DNA of 64,000 bases from Raja brachyura (taxonomy: Eukaryota). Below are positions 60,431-64,000 of the stretch, piece after piece. The notes beneath the pieces were generated by a model. The model saw only the letters and a program-made list of their open reading frames with translations. It ran no database searches and was not told where the DNA came from. Position 1 is the first letter of the stretch, and each line of letters begins with the position of its first letter. The position numbers and the translations under genes are program-made. The stretch spans positions 2,232,001-2,296,000 of the forward strand of contig OY740823.1 of assembly GCA_963514005.1 (NCBI GenBank), in the 5' to 3' direction.

Positions 60431-62280
60431 CATCCGTTTCTTCTTCCACCGCAGAACAAGTCAATTTCCCTCTACCTGCAATTTTCTCCGCCTAGCGGAG
60501 TTGGTCCTTAGATCCAACAATATATCCTTCGACTACTCCCACTTCCTCCAAATCCAAGCCGTGAGACCCAGCACTCGCGCGGGCCCAGCTATACCTGCCT
60601 CTTTGTTTGGTTTTACGAACAGTCCCTGTTCAAGGCCCTATCCCTTATCTCCAGCTCCACTACATTGACGACTGAATTGGGGATACCTCCTGCTCCCATG
60701 CTCGCGGACTTGATTAACTTCACTACCAATTTCCATCCTGAACTCGAATTTACTTGGACCATCCCCGACGTCTCCCTCCCGTTTCCTGATCTCACTAACG
60801 CCACCACATAAGATAAACTATCGATGGACATCTATTCTAAACCTACTGACTCCCACTGCTATTTAGACTGCACTTCCTCACATCCAGCTTCCTGCAAAGA
60901 CTCTATACCCTAATTCATATTCCTCCATCCGCGTCGCAAATGCGCCCAAGATAAGGTGCTCGATATCAGAACATCCAAAATATCATCATTCTTTAGGGCA
61001 CAGTGATCGCTCTCTTCTATCATGGATGAGGCCATCACATGGGTCTCCTCTATATTCCGCAGCTCCGCCTTTGCTCCTCATCCACATTCGCAACAGGGAC
61101 AGAAGTCTATCACTCCATGAGACGTCACATATGGCATATAATCCTCCGACGTTTTTTGCCACCTCCGACAGAATCCCACCACGTTCTATTTCCACCCCTT
61201 TCCACTTTTGATAATCGTCCCGTCCGCAATTCGCAGGTTGACTCGTCACCACCCCCAAACCACCCCTCCCCAGGTATTACCCCTGCAATGGCAGGAGGCG
61301 CAACACCTGTTCCTCCTTCGACTCTGTCCAATGGCCACGACAGTCATTTCAGATGAGCCAGAGGTTCACTTCCTCCTCCGCCAATCTCACCTGCTGTATC
61401 CGATGTGCCAACTGTGATATATAATTCGGCGAGACCAAGCAGAGTCTCTGCGATTGTTTCGCAGAACACCACAGTTAACTCCGTCCAGGCCTAAGGTTGG
61501 CCCGCGCCAAGCAATGTACCGGTTTCTAAACAAGGTAAGCCCCACTCCGATTCCCATACTGACCTTTTTGTCCTGGGCCTCCTCCACTGACAGTGATTCC
61601 CAACTCAAATTGGGCGAACTGAACCTCCTATTTCGCTTGGACAGCTGATAACCCAGCGGTATGGATATTGATTTATCTGCCTTCAAGTAACCATTGATTT
61701 CCCTCTTACTCCGTGTAAACTAAAGTAATCTGAACTCTTCTTCCGATCTCCAAGTGCTTAATGGTGTCCCAGGGCGTTGTAACTAAGCTGAGATGTCCTA
61801 CCTCTAGCCAATTCACAGTCTTCCTACTCAAAGCTGGTGCTCGTCTTCCGAACTCCGAATTAAGATCATAACATTATAAAATCATAAGATCATACGTGTT
61901 CGGGGCAGAATTAGGCCATTCGGCACATCAAGTCCACTCCGTCGTTCAATCATAGCTGATCTATTTCTTCCTCCAAACCCCATTCCCCTATGTCTATCTC
62001 TGCCTTAAAATATCCATTGATTCGACCTCCATGGCCTCCATCAGATATATGTGATCAGATATATCCGAGGACATTGTGGGGAACTAGAGAGGAAATTGAG
62101 GGAGTCCTGGTTGAAATTTACGAATCGTCCTTAAATACAGGAGAGGTGCCGGAAGACGAGAGGGTGGCAAATCTTGTACCTCTTTTCAAGAAGGTTTGCA
62201 GGGAAAATGCTTGGAACTATAGGCGGATGAGCTTAACCTCTGCAGTTGGTAATTTACTGGAGAGTATTCTCAGGGATACA

Positions 62281-62842
62281 GTCTGATTTTCCTGCTAGTC
62301 GGAGTTTCATATCTTCCAAGTGTAGTGTTTCGAACATAGTTGAAATCCACATATTAATTGTTGGTATAGGAGAATTTTTCCAGAATTTTAAGATTAGCTT
62401 TTTTCCATTTACTAAGCCATATTCAAATAGAGTATTTTGAAACACATTTAATTCCGGGCTATCTTCCGATATCCCGAAGATAATCCAGTCTGCTTTTGGA
62501 GTCAGTTTTATTTTAAATATTTTTGTGAAAATTTAAAAGAATTCAGTCCAAAATGTTTGAATTTTTGTACAAAAGACAAATGAGTGTGCTTTATTAGCTT
62601 CTTGACATTTATATTTATCACATGTAGGAGAGACGTTGGGAAAAAGTTTACTTATTTTAGCTTTTGAATAGCATAATCTGTGTATGATTTTTAATTGTAT
62701 TAAGGTGTGCCTTACATTAATTGAACATTTATACACATTTAATAAAAATTCTTCCCACCTTTCTTTGGGAATTTATATACTTAATTCTCTTTCCCAGTCT
62801 CTCCTGATACCATCTGTGTTGGTAATTCTGCATTTAGAATAC

Positions 62843-62903
<61 letters not shown>

Positions 62904-64000
62904 GGTTTGCTGATTCTGCCTTTATAGTCATTACTTCTTCCAGTAAGTCTGGGGGCATATTCTGATAATCTTGTGCGTATTTTTTCAGATAGTCACAGAT
63001 TTGGAAATATTTAAAATACTGATTGTTTCCCAAATTGTATTTTAGTTGTGTTTGTTTAAATGATAATGGTTTTCCCAATTCATACACATCTCCGAAGATT
63101 TTAATTCCAGCTCTTTCCCATTGTGTAAATGCTTTATCTATTATAGTTGAAGGTTTAAATGAGGGATTTTTACCGATAGGAGACAAGAGAGATACATTTC
63201 TTAATTTTAGATTGTCTTTTATTTGTTTCCAAATTCTGATTGTACTGTATATAATTGGATTATTGTTGTAATTTATATTATTCATCGATATTGGAGAGAG
63301 AAGAATTGCTCCAATATTATAAGCAGAACAATCCCCTCTCTCCATAATCGTCCAATCCGGTTGTTGGGGAGAGTTATCCAGCAATTGGATCATGTTTCTA
63401 ATATTTACAGACCAGTAGTAATACATAAAGTTGGGGAGTGCTAATCCCACTACTACTTTGGGTTTATTCAGATGAACTCTTTGTATTCTGTGGGATTTAT
63501 AATCCCAAATAAAATTTGTGATATCTGAGTCCAGTTTAAAAAAAACTTTTTGGGTAAATATATTGGAATAGATTGGAACAGGTATAACATTTGTGGTAGA
63601 AAACCATTTTTCTTACTTTTTTTTCGGCCTATTAAGGGCATCGGAAGCGTTTTCCAAAATTTAATCAAGTTATATAGTTTCTTAAGTAGAGGGTTATAAT
63701 TTTCATCAAACCTATCTTGATATCTTGTAGTAATTTCGATGCCCAAGTATTTAAACATTTCCGTAGGTATTATGAAAGGAAACTGTTTTAAGATGCGTAG
63801 AGTCTTTCGGTTTTATTGACATGATTTCACTTTTATTCTAATTTATTCTATATCCTGAGAATGATCCGAAGTACTCTATCAATTTTAAAATATTTGGTAT
63901 GGTAATATGAGGTTTTGTGATGTACAATAGTACATAGTCAGCGTATAGTGATATTTTATTGTTGGAATATTTTGTTTTATATCCATGGATATTCGGATGA
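62281..64000 (-). mobile_element. L1-clade LINE ORF2 fragment extending off the window
   Basis: LYAD, FKYLGI, LYLFQSIP, GLALPNF.YYYW, IQLKIIHRL, CDK. Confidence 0.85.
62846..62897. repeat. (TA)26 microsatellite inside the L1
   Basis: Direct reading. Confidence 0.95.

Larger units (their letters stand above)
59390..61720 (+). mobile_element. Decayed Penelope-like element ORF (RT and GIY-YIG), split by two CR1 inserts
   Basis: LPTYV, LRLAELVL..NN.SF..SHFLQ, HYIDD, PFPDL, YSKPTDSH, CIRC..C..IGETK, LLFRLDS.P.GM.I. Confidence 0.8.

Overview
Vertebrate genomic DNA, about three-quarters repeat-derived by eye and almost certainly from a cartilaginous fish. A skate or ray is my inference from the Ig type and repeat families. 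Two host genes are present. The first is an intact-looking germline-joined (V-J pre-fused) type I / sigma-cart immunoglobulin light-chain gene on the minus strand (leader 7595-7640, VJ 7087-7446, C 4669-4997). The second is a two-exon GPR139-like rhodopsin-class GPCR pseudogene on the plus strand (54064-58983). The rest is a dense transposon landscape: many CR1 LINEs, L1, L2, Rex1/Babar, tRNA-derived SINEs, a near-intact DIRS tyrosine-recombinase retrotransposon with a methyltransferase-like domain, a full-length Tc1 (Passport-like), a hAT remnant, BEL/Pao and Gypsy remnants, and a four-level nested insertion. The most unusual signal is a set of small Penelope-derived fold-back elements whose arms carry minimal hammerhead-ribozyme cores and which are flanked by target-site duplications. 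One of them (27709-28850) has captured and partly tandem-duplicated 627 bp of neighbouring genomic DNA, with the junctions exactly at the first base of the hammerhead core. Another sits in the J-C intron of the Ig gene in the sense orientation. There are two assembly gaps (13828-14027 and 45584-45729). Boundaries of old repeats are approximate, and family names come from motif recognition, not database searches.
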